From IMG/VR virus record IMGVR_UViG_3300032084_002349, positions 1-64,000 of that record: a DNA stretch of 64,000 nucleotides; one strand, written 5' to 3'. Below, piece after piece: positions 1-10,695 of the stretch. Position numbers and translations under genes: made by a program. This DNA is from an uncultured virus (IMG/VR IMGVR_UViG_3300032084_002349). Its lineage: Duplodnaviria > Heunggongvirae > Uroviricota > Caudoviricetes. The notes under the pieces are model-generated. The model saw only the letters and a list, made by a program, of their open reading frames with translations, was not told the origin of the DNA and searched no databases. Positions within the stretch are counted from its first letter, which is position 1. Each line of letters starts with the position of its first letter.

Positions 1-3000
1 TCTCTAATTGTTGCAATTGTTGTTGTAGAATAGCCCTGTCTCGTTCAGCCGAACCCATAAAAAAGCTAAAAAAGCCTGAAAAAAGTCCTGCCAAAGCACT
101 AATACCTACCATTGTAGCGAGTTGGCCTGTTATTGCTTTGAGTGCTGGTGACATTCTACCAAATCCAGCAGTTATTGCTGGACCTAAACGACCCAGATTA
201 GCCACTAGTTTTGCTAATAGAGCAGAAGCAACTCTACCTCCGCCAAAATAACCTTGTATATTTCCACCAACAGAATAACCACGAATACCTCCGCTACCAC
301 CGAAACCAACACTACCACTACCTATTAATCCACCTGTAGCAGCAGATATCGGACCTCCTCTCATAGCTTTAAGAGTATCTGTAGCATCTCTTCTTAAAAC
401 AAAACTGTTTTCTGGTAAAATAGCGCTTTGATTATCTACCTTACCACTACTATTACCCGGAACAATAAAAGAACCACCTGTCTGACCTTTTCGGCTTAAA
501 CTTGAAGAACCACCACGATCAATCTGATTCAATTGTTTCATTTCAGAAAGAGTGCCAGGTAAAGGAGGCGTAAATACAGCTTCTCCAGAAGCTAACCTAA
601 CAGGAACCCCCATACCACTAGACTGACCACCTTTAGCAAAACCACCAGAAGCATAACCTTTAACAATGCCACCGGAAACTTTACCTGGTAGAAGAGCAGA
701 GGCTACTTGTGCTAATTTAACAGCATTAATGACACCAATTAAACTAATCATAGCTGTTGTCATACCACTAATACCAGCACTAAAAGATTTCCACAATCTA
801 TTACCATCAATTGTATCAGTTGCTCTTTGTATAGCAGCATTAAGTTTATTATAATCTTCTGCCGCCTGCTCTTGTAATGCTGCTCTTTCTTCAACAGTTA
901 CAGCAGTATCCAACCTATTAAAAGTTTTGTCCAGCTCTGCCGAAGCTGCTGCGATACCTTTAAAGGCTAATTCTGTCTCTTTTACAATAGAAGCGTCAAT
1001 AAAACCTGTGACAGCTCCAGCAGCTAAGCCAGCAGCACCTCCTACAGCAGCACCTCTTCTACCAAAAGCTTGACCTCCAACTATTCCTGCGCTCATACCT
1101 AAAGAGCCGCCTTTTTGTAAAGCTCCAGTGAAGCCTGCGAATGCTGCGCTTTGGTCACTAACCGTACCAGCTAATTCATCAAAAGCATGACCCAGCTCTG
1201 GCATTTTAGAGCTTAGTAGTGTTGCCCCAGTACCTATTAAGCCAAAAGTACCACCTAATTTATCACCGGCTGTCGTAATCTTTTTAGTCAATTCTGGATA
1301 AGCACTAGATAATTTCTTCATACCTGGAAGATTTTGTAAAGAAACAGCTTCTGAAAAACCATCTAATATAGAACCGACACCAGACTCGATACTCTTTTGT
1401 GCTTTTCTAAGATCATCATCTAAAGCTCCAAACTTCCCGGCTTTTTGAGAACCTGAAGCTTTCATATCAATATCTCGAACTTTCATTCTAGATGTCAAAA
1501 ATCCTAATTTCTTAGCCATCTCTTCTGTAACACCAGATAGTTCATCACCAGCAGTAATTTGTGCGTCTAAAATTTCTTTAAACCCATCAGACATATTTTT
1601 AATTTCATCAAGAGATAGTCCTGCCTTCATACCTTGAACAAGTTCATCTATACCCTGATTCAACAAATCTGGATCAATCTCATCATATCCCGTATAAATT
1701 TTCTTAACTAGATCAGATACTTCTGTTCTAACCATACCCTCTACATCTGCATCTCCAATAGATTGTATATTTTTAACAATAACATCCTTTAGATCTCCTT
1801 GCATACCTGTTTTCTCGGTAGCTCTAGTTTCTGCTCCTTGAAGAATTCTACTTCTAATACTTTTTTCGTATTGTGAAACAGTCATTCCAAGTTTTTTAGC
1901 TACTCTTTCCAGATATTCCATTTTATCTGCTCTAGGACTACCACCACTAGCTAAACGTTGAACAAAACCAACAGGGCCGCCACTAGCATAACCTTGAATC
2001 CTATCTGCTCTATTAAGTTGATCTAATTTTTGAGATCCTAATTTTTTTGCAGACTTTTCATTGATTACATACTCACCAGGAGTTAATAATGCAGGAACCG
2101 TGTCGCTAACAGAGCCTCCTCCAGCTAATTTTGCTCTATAATTATTCACTTGTTTCAGAAAATCTGCAGGACTTTTACCACTACTAAAAACTGTTCTTGT
2201 GGTATCAGCAGGCATGTCCGATGGTAAGCCAAATAAACCAGAAGCAGAACCCAAACCTTGCGCAAAATCTAGTGGATCATTAGACTGATCTTTATCGTAA
2301 GGAGCACCAATACTTGCTACAGCCGCTTCGAGATAAGCTCCTACAGCATTAAAGAAACCTGCTTTTTCCATAGCATCTTTATTCAGATCGCCTGGCGATA
2401 CTGGCTGAGCTTGTACTTTTGTAGCCATCTGATTAGCAACTTTAGCTACCGTGTCTTTGAAATCCTTAAACATAGTATCTTCATAAGGTTTATTATCATC
2501 AGTCTCTCCTAAAGTTCTGCCAATAAGCTTTACCATAGTTCCGTCATCAGCTTCTGCAAACACTTCTTTAGCAGTTCCTCTCAGGCCAACTAGTGCATAA
2601 GGTACTGCTTTATCTTGTGCTGCTTTTAATGCTACTTTTTCTTTTAAGGCTTTAAATGTTTCTTGATTAAGTTTACCTTTACCTTTATAACGATCTATTA
2701 CAGATTGTGCTAGGCTACTCGGCATGTTTTTTAATTGTCCCTTAGGAATTCCTCCTGCGTTTTGACCAGATTCAAATATTTTAATATCGTCTACAGTCAA
2801 AGCTTCAGCTCCACCACCACCGGTAAATCTTTGTACTCTACCTCCACGATTAAGTTTTTTAAGATTATCTGCGCCTATTTTTTCAACAGCTTTTTTACGA
2901 ATAACATATTCACCAGGAGTTAGCATAGCAGATACAGTGTCTCTATTACCACTTCCAGGAACCAAACCACCACTAGCAAAGCCTTGAGTATTAACTCCAG

Positions 3001-4774
3001 ATTGTTTATTATTAATAGCTTCAGACAAAGCATCAATAGACTGAAGTAAGCTAGCCATACTAGTATTTACAGAGCCTAGTGCTGTTGTATTAGCGTTTAA
3101 AGCTGCTGAATTTTTAGCTAAAGCTTTGTTGTTAGAAGCCGAGCCTTTATTCCTACGACCACTACCTCTACCACTAACACTACCGCCAGAAGAAGGACCT
3201 ATTGGACCCATTGGGCCTGATGGACCACCTCCGCCTCCTCCGCCTCCGCCTTTACCTCCAAACCCACCAAGAAAACCACCACCAAATTCACTTAATGCCG
3301 AAACTCCCTTAAAAGCAGCTAAGGCCGTTATCATAGGCAATAAAGGTTTTAATGCTGAAGCCAATGTTATAAATGCATTTGCTGTTGTTAAAGCAACTTT
3401 AGCAATGCCTCTGAAAGTTGTGCTATTACCTATATCTCTAACTAAAGAAACAAAAGACTGTCTGGTTTTTTCAAATTGAACTGCTAAAGATGCTTGAGCT
3501 TGTATAGCCGCTTTAGATAAACTGCCTTGCCCAGATTGAGCTACCCCTAAAGCTTTTTGAGCAGTGGCGAACTGTTGAATTAAAGGAATAACTTTACCAA
3601 TTTGACGGAAACCACCAAGCTCTTCGACAATTTGACCAAAACGCAAATCTCTTGGATCTAAACCTTTAAGACCTTCGCTTAATCGTTTAACAGCTTCAAA
3701 GGGTCCAACAAATTTCCCTTGTAAGTCTGTAAGCGTAATACCAAACTCTTTCAAAGACTCTATAGTAGAACCTCTTTGTATTCTAGTAAAGATAGTTCTT
3801 AAACCAGTAGCAATAGTTTCTGCACTTTCACGAGTAGTCGCTCTAACACTAGTAAACAAAGCTACAAATTCATTAAGAGCAGCCGTACCTTCACTAATAC
3901 CCCTACTAGAAGAAGCAAACACACCACCAGTACGCTGAATAGCAGCAATGATATCGCCAGCTTCAACAGCAAAACTAGCAGCTACAGCATTCACACTACC
4001 AAGAGCAGCTTCTAACTCCCCAGAACTAATACTAAACTGACGCATTAAAGCAATACTACCTTCAACAGTATTATTAAGATTATCAAAAGAAGGAGCTAAT
4101 GCAGATTTGGCTAAGGCTTCTAATGCTATTTTAGTTTCTTGAGCGCTTAAACCAGCTTGAGAAAGTGTAACAGATACTTGAGCTAAATCAGAAGACGCAA
4201 CACCTAAATTGCTAGATAGATTAGAGATTTCTTTTGTAATACCAGAAAGGCCACTAACAGTCGTTCCTGTTACCTGACTTAATCGAACAATTTGTTTATC
4301 AAAAGCTACAAATTCTTTGAAAGCACTATTAATAGCGTTAGTTAAACTATAAACAACACCAGTAACAGCACTAAAAGCAGCGAATCTACGAATAGCTAAG
4401 CCTGATTGTTTTCCAAATTCTTGAACTTGGGTAGTAGCTGAGCTAATAGCACTCCCAGTACTTTGCACTTGTTTTTGCACTTTGTTAAGAGACTGAACGC
4501 CTCCAGAGCCACCTAAATTATTTAAACCGGCCCCTAACTGAGATACTGTAGCACTTAAACTAGCAACACTAGCATTAGCTTTAGCAGCATTTTGCTGTAA
4601 CAACTGTAACTGCTTGTTAACCTTAGTAACATTTTTAGCTGCTGATCCTTTTAAATCAAGATTAACTTTTACTTTAATATTAGATAATTGCTTTCTAATT
4701 TGAGAAGCAATAACCTTAGTATTACTAGGTCCTCTTAAATTAATTTGTGCCGTTAAATTAAAAGCTGCTGCCAT
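1..4774 (-). CDS. Tail tape measure protein (3' end runs off the window; about 1590 aa visible)
   Basis: ATG at 4774 (MAAAFNLTAQINLRG...). TMP-type segment ESAETIATGLRTIFTRIQR and repeated FASGG..DTVxAxLTPGEYVI motifs. Lies downstream of the tail genes. Missing from the ORF track, consistent with no stop inside the window; I spot-checked the frame rather than reading it end to end. Confidence 0.88.
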   Translation of the reverse strand, partial: MAAAFNLTAQINLRGPSNTKVIASQIRKQLSNIKVKVNLDLKGSAAKNVTKVNKQLQLLQQNAAKANASVASLSATVSQLGAGLNNLGGSGGVQSLNKVQKQVQSTGSAISSATTQVQEFGKQSGLAIRRFAAFSAVTGVVYSLTNAINSAFKEFVAFDKQIVRLSQVTGTTVSGLSGITKEISNLSSNLGVASSDLAQVSVTLSQAGLSAQETKIALEALAKSALAPSFDNLNNTVEGSIALMRQFSISSGELEAALGSVNAVAASFAVEAGDIIAAIQRTGGVFASSSRGISEGTAALNEFVALFTSVRATTRESAETIATGLRTIFTRIQRGSTIESLKEFGITLTDLQGKFVGPFEAVKRLSEGLKGLDPRDLRFGQIVEELGGFRQIGKVIPLIQQFATAQKALGVAQSGQGSLSKAAIQAQASLAVQFEKTRQSFVSLVRDIGNSTTFRGIAKVALTTANAFITLASALKPLLPMITALAAFKGVSALSEFGGGFLGGFGGKGGGGGGGGGPSGPMGPIGPSSGGSVSGRGSGRRNKGSASNNKALAKNSAALNANTTALGSVNTSMASLLQSIDALSEAINNKQSGVNTQGFASGGLVPGSGNRDTVSAMLTPGEYVIRKKAVEKIGADNLKKLNRGGRVQRFTGGGGAEALTVDDIKIFESGQNAGGIPKGQLKNMPSSLAQSVIDRYKGKGKLNQETFKALKEKVALKAAQDKAVPYALVGLRGTAKEVFAEADDGTMVKLIGRTLGETDDNKPYEDTMFKDFKDTVAKVANQMATKVQAQPVSPGDLNKDAMEKAGFFNAVGAYLEAAVASIGAPYDKDQSNDPLDFAQGLGSASGLFGLPSDMPADTTRTVFSSGKSPADFLKQVNNYRAKLAGGGSVSDTVPALLTPGEYVINEKSAKKLGSQKLDQLNRADRIQGYASGGPVGFVQRLASGGSPRADKMEYLERVAKKLGMTVSQYEKSIRSRILQGAETRATEKTGMQGDLKDVIVKNIQSIGDADVEGMVRTEVSDLVKKIYTGYDEIDPDLLNQGIDELVQGMKAGLSLDEIKNMSDGFKEILDAQITAGDELSGVTEEMAKKLGFLTSRMKVRDIDMKASGSQKAGKFGALDDDLRKAQKSIESGVGSILDGFSEAVSLQNLPGMKKLSSAYPELTKKITTAGDKLGGTFGLIGTGATLLSSKMPELGHAFDELAGTVSDQSAAFAGFTGALQKGGSLGMSAGIVGGQAFGRRGAAVGGAAGLAAGAVTGFIDASIVKETELAFKGIAAASAELDKTFNRLDTAVTVEERAALQEQAAEDYNKLNAAIQRATDTIDGNRLWKSFSAGISGMTTAMISLIGVINAVKLAQVASALLPGKVSGGIVKGYASGGFAKGGQSSGMGVPVRLASGEAVFTPPLPGTLSEMKQLNQIDRGGSSSLSRKGQTGGSFIVPGNSSGKVDNQSAILPENSFVLRRDATDTLKAMRGGPISAATGGLIGSGSVGFGGSGGIRGYSVGGNIQGYFGGGRVASALLAKLVANLGRLGPAITAGFGRMSPALKAITGQLATMVGISALAGLFSGFFSFFMGSAERDRAILQQQLQQLE

Positions 4775-4872
4775 AATTATTTATACCTTTGTGTGTCGTT
4801 TATATATAAGCATACCCTCTGTTTCCAGAGGGCTGCAAAGAAAGGAGTATAATATACAAATAATCAAAAAGT

Positions 4873-5799
4873 TTATTCTGTGTTAGTTTCCTCGGTAGGA
4901 ACCTCTTGATTGGTAGAGGTGTTCTGAGGTGTGACTTCAGGTTCAGTTGTAGATTCTTCCTTAGGTTTATCCTGTTGTGATTCTGATTGTTTTTCATCTT
5001 TACCCTTTTCCAAAACTACAGGTTTACCATCATCATCAGTAAAAGGAACAAAATCTACTAAATATTCTCCCGACTCATCAACCAGATTTCCATCCTTATC
5101 TACATATTTACCTTCCTCGTCGATATACCTACCAATTTCATCTACTAACCTACCGTCTTGATCAACATACTTACCATCTTTATTAATGAATCTTAAATCA
5201 TCATTAACAAACTTATATTCTAACAAAAACTTATTTTCTGGTAATTTTTTCTCAAATTCAGAGTCTAAGCCATAAAGCATAGCTGCTAATTTTTGAGCAC
5301 CAATCACCGCAACCGGATCAGAAGATTTATTCAGGTAATCTTCATAATTACGAAAATAAACTTTCTTGGTATTATTATACACCACACAAGATGAAACTAA
5401 GTAGTTGAATCTAGCATTATCAGCTTGGCCTTCTGCTGTGTGTGTATCTAAATTGGTTCTAACAGAAATTAACTCTTTAAGCTCTTCTCTAAGATCTCTC
5501 ATTTTTAAAGCCTGGGCTTTAGCGTTCTCAAGAGAAATACCTCCAGTAGCTAGGCTTTTTTCGTTATTGTTTAACTCTTCTTGAATAGCTAAAAAACGAG
5601 CTTGCTTTTCATCATCCCATAATCCTTGATCTTTAAGCAAATCATCTAATTTAGCACGAACTATAGACCCAGACTTTACAGCATCAGAAAATGCCTGATT
5701 GTAAACTTTCTGACCTTCTCTTTGTTGAGCTAAATTTGGAGACTGTACCAAAAATTCCTGATTTTTACCATTTACTGTCATTTTAAAAGTCTCAGCCAT
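4873..5799 (-). CDS. Putative tail assembly chaperone
   Basis: 308 aa helical, acidic protein with short YVDxDG repeats, directly upstream of the TMP. Confidence 0.5.
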   Translation of the reverse strand: MAETFKMTVNGKNQEFLVQSPNLAQQREGQKVYNQAFSDAVKSGSIVRAKLDDLLKDQGLWDDEKQARFLAIQEELNNNEKSLATGGISLENAKAQALKMRDLREELKELISVRTNLDTHTAEGQADNARFNYLVSSCVVYNNTKKVYFRNYEDYLNKSSDPVAVIGAQKLAAMLYGLDSEFEKKLPENKFLLEYKFVNDDLRFINKDGKYVDQDGRLVDEIGRYIDEEGKYVDKDGNLVDESGEYLVDFVPFTDDDGKPVVLEKGKDEKQSESQQDKPKEESTTEPEVTPQNTSTNQEVPTEETNTE

Positions 5800-6098
5800 T
5801 ATTCTTCTCCTCTGTTATAATAAATTTGTAAATTATACTTTTCTACATGATTCAAATAATCATTCAAATCCTGTACTCCATTTCTCATTTGGTCGTTTCC
5901 GTGATCCAATAATTCGTGTCTCAAATCCTCCCATTTATCTCTAAAAAAAACTTCTTGATCAGTATTAGGATCTTCATCATTATTCCATAAATATCCAAAT
6001 TCTTTTTCAAATCTAGCTAAAGAACCTATCATGATTGTCTTAAATCTTTTTTCTAATTGTTCTATAATTAGTCTTCTACTATGTATTTTTCTCTGCAT
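5799..6098 (-). CDS. Hypothetical protein, tail module
   Basis: 99 aa ORF coupled to its neighbours. Confidence 0.6.
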   Translation of the reverse strand: MQRKIHSRRLIIEQLEKRFKTIMIGSLARFEKEFGYLWNNDEDPNTDQEVFFRDKWEDLRHELLDHGNDQMRNGVQDLNDYLNHVEKYNLQIYYNRGEE

Positions 6099-6100
6099 TG

Positions 6101-7150
6101 TTATTCACCTTTTTTCATAGCGTTTCTTTGTTTTAATTGACTTTCTAGCTTAGTACGAACATGTGGCATATCTTGCCATTGAACTGGTTCTTGACTGGTT
6201 TTAGCTATAGTTTTCAAATGATTAATTTCAGCCATTCCTTCTGCGTCATTCAGACCGTAAATACCTTTGGCTTCTTCTTGCGATTGAGTAACAATAAATA
6301 TTTCTCCTGCATTTTTATATTTACCACCTATGGAATCCATTAATTTAGTTTTCTTACGTTCTTTTTCAGCTTTTCTTCTTGTGGCCAACATCCATCCATC
6401 TAAAGCATCGTCGTCAGCAATAACATTATCATCTGGAGCTTCAGGATGTTCATGAACCGAATCATACATTTTACTAAGGTTCACCAATAATCTTTGCTCA
6501 TCATTCCATGCGTATGCGGGTGGTGCAAATATATTACCTTTGGCAGCATCCCAGTAAGATTTCCAAAGATCACTTCTAGCTACAATCCTTAAATCTTCCA
6601 TACTTAAACCGTTCCTATTTACTTCTGTGATAATACTATCCAAAAACTCTGTATTAATACTAGTATCATCTTTACCTTTAAAAACCAACTCTTCATCTTT
6701 ATACACCGTATTCAAAACTATATATTCATTTTTTGCTGAATTAGCATAGTATTCTAAAGTTAAGGTGTCCATCGATGTTTTTTTTGTTTCTAACTCACTA
6801 ATCTTTATTCTACCAGTAGATAAGCTAGCTTTAATTTTTTTCCTCATAGTAGGATCGTCGTATTTTAGATACAACTCAATTTTCATATCGTCTAGCCTGT
6901 TGTTTAAAACTTTTAGGCTTTCTTCTTTGGTTGAATTCCAAATGCCATTAGTCTCTAATATTCTATCAGCTTGTTTTTTCTTAAGCCAGTATTTAGTATC
7001 AAATTTATTACTATTAAGTATATTATTATATATATAATGAGCTTTTTGTTTGATTTGAATATTGGGTGAAACAACTCTATAATCTGTATTATCAACAGAT
7101 ATATAGTAGTGTCCTGTAATAATCCTGTATATATTTCCTTCTATGTCCAT
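6101..7150 (-). CDS. Hypothetical tail-region protein (possible chaperone)
   Basis: 349 aa. Motif YDSVHEHPEAPDDNVIADDDALDGW. Lies between tail tube and TMP. Confidence 0.55.
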   Translation of the reverse strand: MDIEGNIYRIITGHYYISVDNTDYRVVSPNIQIKQKAHYIYNNILNSNKFDTKYWLKKKQADRILETNGIWNSTKEESLKVLNNRLDDMKIELYLKYDDPTMRKKIKASLSTGRIKISELETKKTSMDTLTLEYYANSAKNEYIVLNTVYKDEELVFKGKDDTSINTEFLDSIITEVNRNGLSMEDLRIVARSDLWKSYWDAAKGNIFAPPAYAWNDEQRLLVNLSKMYDSVHEHPEAPDDNVIADDDALDGWMLATRRKAEKERKKTKLMDSIGGKYKNAGEIFIVTQSQEEAKGIYGLNDAEGMAEINHLKTIAKTSQEPVQWQDMPHVRTKLESQLKQRNAMKKGE

Positions 7151-7184
7151 TTTTGACTTTTAATTTAATTTATTAAAATTTAAA

Positions 7185-8033
7185 TTACGTAACCGTCAAG
7201 CTGTTATATGATGTGTACGTGAATGTGATAGTAGCGTTCCCACCGCCAGTATCTCCACCTCCATACGCAACATTACTTAAACGAGCATTTTCAATCGCAA
7301 AACTATATCCACACAAAGCAATAGTAATATCTTCTTTATTGTCTGTAGGGCCATTACAGCCAGCAGCAGCAGCTATTGCGATACCATCTACACTGGTAGC
7401 ACTAACTTCAAAATCAACTGTAATTTCAGAAGGCAAACTTGCAAAATTATGATAAGCTTTATATTCACCTAATCTAAATAAATTTTCTCTACTAATCGAA
7501 GCGCTAATACTAATATTGGTTAAATTACCAGCGTTTGTAACTGTAGCAGGAACACCGCTTTGATAACTATATCTGACTAAAGCTTTAGAGGTTGTGTCTT
7601 CTGAAGCGCTCACACTACAACCACCAACAGTCTTGCTAGTTCCTGAAAAACTAACTTCTTCTGTAAATATTCCATCTACAGGAAAGTTATATGTAACACC
7701 ACTAATACCCATACCTGTACAATGAATAGAAGATGTTGAGGTTAATAGCTCCTCCTGATCATCTCCAATACCTAAGCAAACTGTTTTATTATTATCTCCA
7801 ACATTATCAATAAAACTACCACTAAAAATAGTACCGCTACTATCGGTCAGAGCCCTAGTTACTGTAACTTCAACATTAGGAGATAGATTTAAAACATCTA
7901 CAGCTTCTAATTGACCTAATTGAAATACTGGCTCAAGGTCAAAAGATGTAGTGATAGCAGCGCTTTGAGCACCGGCGACAAAACTTCCATCAACAGCCAA
8001 GGCGTGACAAGCATAAAAAATTCTATTCGCCAT
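7185..8033 (-). CDS. Tail tube / major tail protein, paralog 2
   Basis: Beta-rich Ser/Thr/Gly protein that aligns along its length with 8111-9010. Confidence 0.65.
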   Translation of the reverse strand: MANRIFYACHALAVDGSFVAGAQSAAITTSFDLEPVFQLGQLEAVDVLNLSPNVEVTVTRALTDSSGTIFSGSFIDNVGDNNKTVCLGIGDDQEELLTSTSSIHCTGMGISGVTYNFPVDGIFTEEVSFSGTSKTVGGCSVSASEDTTSKALVRYSYQSGVPATVTNAGNLTNISISASISRENLFRLGEYKAYHNFASLPSEITVDFEVSATSVDGIAIAAAAGCNGPTDNKEDITIALCGYSFAIENARLSNVAYGGGDTGGGNATITFTYTSYNSLTVT

Positions 8034-8052
8034 TTTTATTCTCCATTGAATT

Positions 8053-8080
8053 AAAAGCTGGGGGCAATATTACCCCCAGC
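8053..8080 (-). terminator. Intrinsic terminator after tail tube paralog 1
   Basis: GCTGGGGG/CCCCCAGC stem followed by a short U-run on the minus strand. Confidence 0.7.
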
Positions 8081-8110
8081 ATAGTATTCCCTACACTGCT
8101 TACTTAATGA

Positions 8111-9010
8111 TTAAGCGTCTGTAATTTCAAGTTCATTATAAGTACTAAAAGAGTAAGTAATGGTTGCATTACCACCACCAGTATCTCCACCACTATAATT
8201 AACACTTGTTAACTTACATTTATCACCGAGATCAAACGTGTATGCGTCGTTACCATCTGTGCCACAAACTACAACAACAATTTCACGGTCATTACTAGCC
8301 AAACCGCTACAAGCTGTATCTGGTACATCGACTTCAACACCATCAAGATCTGTAGCGCTAACTTCGAACTCACAAGTAACTTCAAGTGGGAAATTAACGA
8401 AACGATGGAATGGTTTCAAAGAACCAAGTTTATACATACTTTCACGACCAAGATCAGCACTAATACTAATACTTGTGATATTTTTACCATCTACTTCTGT
8501 AGGTAAAACAGCGGCTGCGGCGCCAAAATTAATATTTTGACGTCTTAATACAGTTTTTTCTGTGGTAGCAGGAGCAGCAACACTACCTGTTAAAGCTTTA
8601 GCATTACCAACAAAAGTAACTTCTTCTGTCATATTACCATCAACTGGGAAAGTATAAGAAACAGAAGAAACAAACATACCGCTACAAGTAATAGCGCTTG
8701 TGCTACTTAAGGTAGAGCCAGTATCACTACCGATACCTACTACAACAACTGCTTCATCATTAGCGTTAGCGATCAAAGTACCACCACCAGTAGCAAGTTT
8801 CCAAACGGAAGATTCTCCATCAAGAATTTTAGATACTGTAATTTCTACTTCTGGATCTAACGATACATTATCATACAAGGCTAGTTGACCTAATTGAAAA
8901 ACTTGCTCTAGGTTGAAATTGGTGGTAATACCGACGCTCTGAGCGCCTTGTACAACTGTACCACCAATTGATACGCCCTGAGATGCGTAAAATACTCTAT
9001 TATTTGGCAT
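8111..9010 (-). CDS. Tail tube / major tail protein, paralog 1
   Basis: 299 aa, two internal pseudo-repeats (NLEQVFQLGQ / GRESMYKLGS), strong RBS, own terminator, typical gene position. Confidence 0.7.
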   Translation of the reverse strand: MPNNRVFYASQGVSIGGTVVQGAQSVGITTNFNLEQVFQLGQLALYDNVSLDPEVEITVSKILDGESSVWKLATGGGTLIANANDEAVVVVGIGSDTGSTLSSTSAITCSGMFVSSVSYTFPVDGNMTEEVTFVGNAKALTGSVAAPATTEKTVLRRQNINFGAAAAVLPTEVDGKNITSISISADLGRESMYKLGSLKPFHRFVNFPLEVTCEFEVSATDLDGVEVDVPDTACSGLASNDREIVVVVCGTDGNDAYTFDLGDKCKLTSVNYSGGDTGGGNATITYSFSTYNELEITDA

Positions 9011-9069
9011 GGTTTATTCTCCATTTGCATTTAAAACGGTTGGGAACACTACGAATAATTATACACCAA

Positions 9070-10050
9070 TTATCCTATAGTATCAAATATTATTTCAGCA
9101 GTGATACGAATTTTGGCCTCTTCGAAAAAATACCTAGACTCTACTTCAGAAACAATAAAATCTTTCAAATGGCATGTTTTCCACCTATATTCATCTTCAC
9201 ACACAACTTCATTAGTTACGGGGTCGGGATCTGTGCAATCGTTAACTATTAAATTATATGGTTTTCTACTACCATTTAAAGACCCATTAAAATTAAAAGG
9301 TAAAATACCATCTTGAGCTAATTTTTGAGTATCATAAAGCCATATAACTTTATCTTCTTGTAATCTAATAATATCTATAATAGAATTTCTATGAGCTGAA
9401 TTAGTGGCTATAACATGTAATATAATATCTTGATCAGCAATTAATGATTTATCGCCCAATTGATATGGTTTAGAAATTCCTCTAGGCACTGTTTCTATAA
9501 TAACGCTAGGCATTTGAATTCTATTTTGATTAAAAATAGCATATTCTCCAGTATTTTGACTAAATTGGGTAGCATCATTAACTATATCAAATTGAAACTG
9601 CTTCCACCAAACTAAATTGCTACTAGCTTTATGAACTTGCACCCATCTATACGCATAATTCATCGTAACATTACTAGAAGTAGATATAGCTGTATTGAAT
9701 ATAACTCTACTATTAACATAATCTAAAATATAGTCACTAGAATTCACAGACGAACCATCAACATTAACCCCAGTAATAAGAGTTGGTGCATAATCGTCTA
9801 AATTATCATAAACCCAATCTTGATATATTGTTTGCCATACCTGACCATCAGAATAATTAGGATCAGATACATAACCTAATTTACTAGGATCATTATGGTA
9901 CTCATTAGATGTTGAGCTAACATTAATAAATCCACCAATATTTAAAAAGCCCCAATCTAAAAAAGATTTAAGATTATTTTCTATATTGGAAATAAGGAGG
10001 TAATCATTAATTGAATTAACACCAGTAAACTTTTCACTACCTTTAGCCAT
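9070..10050 (-). CDS. Putative tail completion/terminator protein
   Basis: 326 aa, between neck and tail-tube genes. Confidence 0.45.
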   Translation of the reverse strand: MAKGSEKFTGVNSINDYLLISNIENNLKSFLDWGFLNIGGFINVSSTSNEYHNDPSKLGYVSDPNYSDGQVWQTIYQDWVYDNLDDYAPTLITGVNVDGSSVNSSDYILDYVNSRVIFNTAISTSSNVTMNYAYRWVQVHKASSNLVWWKQFQFDIVNDATQFSQNTGEYAIFNQNRIQMPSVIIETVPRGISKPYQLGDKSLIADQDIILHVIATNSAHRNSIIDIIRLQEDKVIWLYDTQKLAQDGILPFNFNGSLNGSRKPYNLIVNDCTDPDPVTNEVVCEDEYRWKTCHLKDFIVSEVESRYFFEEAKIRITAEIIFDTIG

Positions 10051-10056
10051 TTTTTT

Positions 10057-10689
10057 TTACCTCAGTGCAGATTGTAATAAATTAGTAATTTCACTTTCAA
10101 CACTATCTATTGATTCAGTAATCCAGTTTTTCTTAGCAACACCAGCAAAACCAGAAGGTACACTCCATCTAGAACCTCCTTTACCGATCATAATTCCATT
10201 TCCAGATCTAGAGTTAGGATGAGGTCCAAGTTTTACCTCATAATCTTTAATGATAGTTTTGTCGCCAAACAACAATAACCATCTTAACCATTCTAAAGAT
10301 ACACCTTTATCTGTTACCACCTCAGCTGCTGCGGACGATAAAACATCAGAATAATCTGATCTAATCATAGATAAAGAAAAAGACCCTATAATTTGTTGAG
10401 AACGAATAACTGGTTTATTGTATTCTAAATCTAAATATTTCCAAAACTCTAATATCTCATTAAGGCGATTCGTTGCGTTGTCTAGACCAAATTCTCCTTT
10501 TAGATCACCAGCAATTAAACTATTATAGGTTCTATGAGACTTTATAGCTGAAACTACTATATTAACAATTTCTTTTCTACATTTATTATAAGCCTTTTTA
10601 AAATGTTGATCGACTTCTTTAGATAAAGCTTTTAATATTCTATTAGAAATAGTGCTTGTAGACTCTAATATATTAATTGAATATTCCAT
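10057..10689 (-). CDS. Putative neck/tail completion protein
   Basis: 210 aa, in the head-tail connector block. Confidence 0.45.
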   Translation of the reverse strand: MEYSINILESTSTISNRILKALSKEVDQHFKKAYNKCRKEIVNIVVSAIKSHRTYNSLIAGDLKGEFGLDNATNRLNEILEFWKYLDLEYNKPVIRSQQIIGSFSLSMIRSDYSDVLSSAAAEVVTDKGVSLEWLRWLLLFGDKTIIKDYEVKLGPHPNSRSGNGIMIGKGGSRWSVPSGFAGVAKKNWITESIDSVESEITNLLQSALR

Positions 10690-10695
10690 ATATAA

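Noticed and set aside
4873..7150. Programmed frameshift in the tail chaperone genes
   Set aside because: The ORFs have their own starts and I found no convincing slippery site at their junctions
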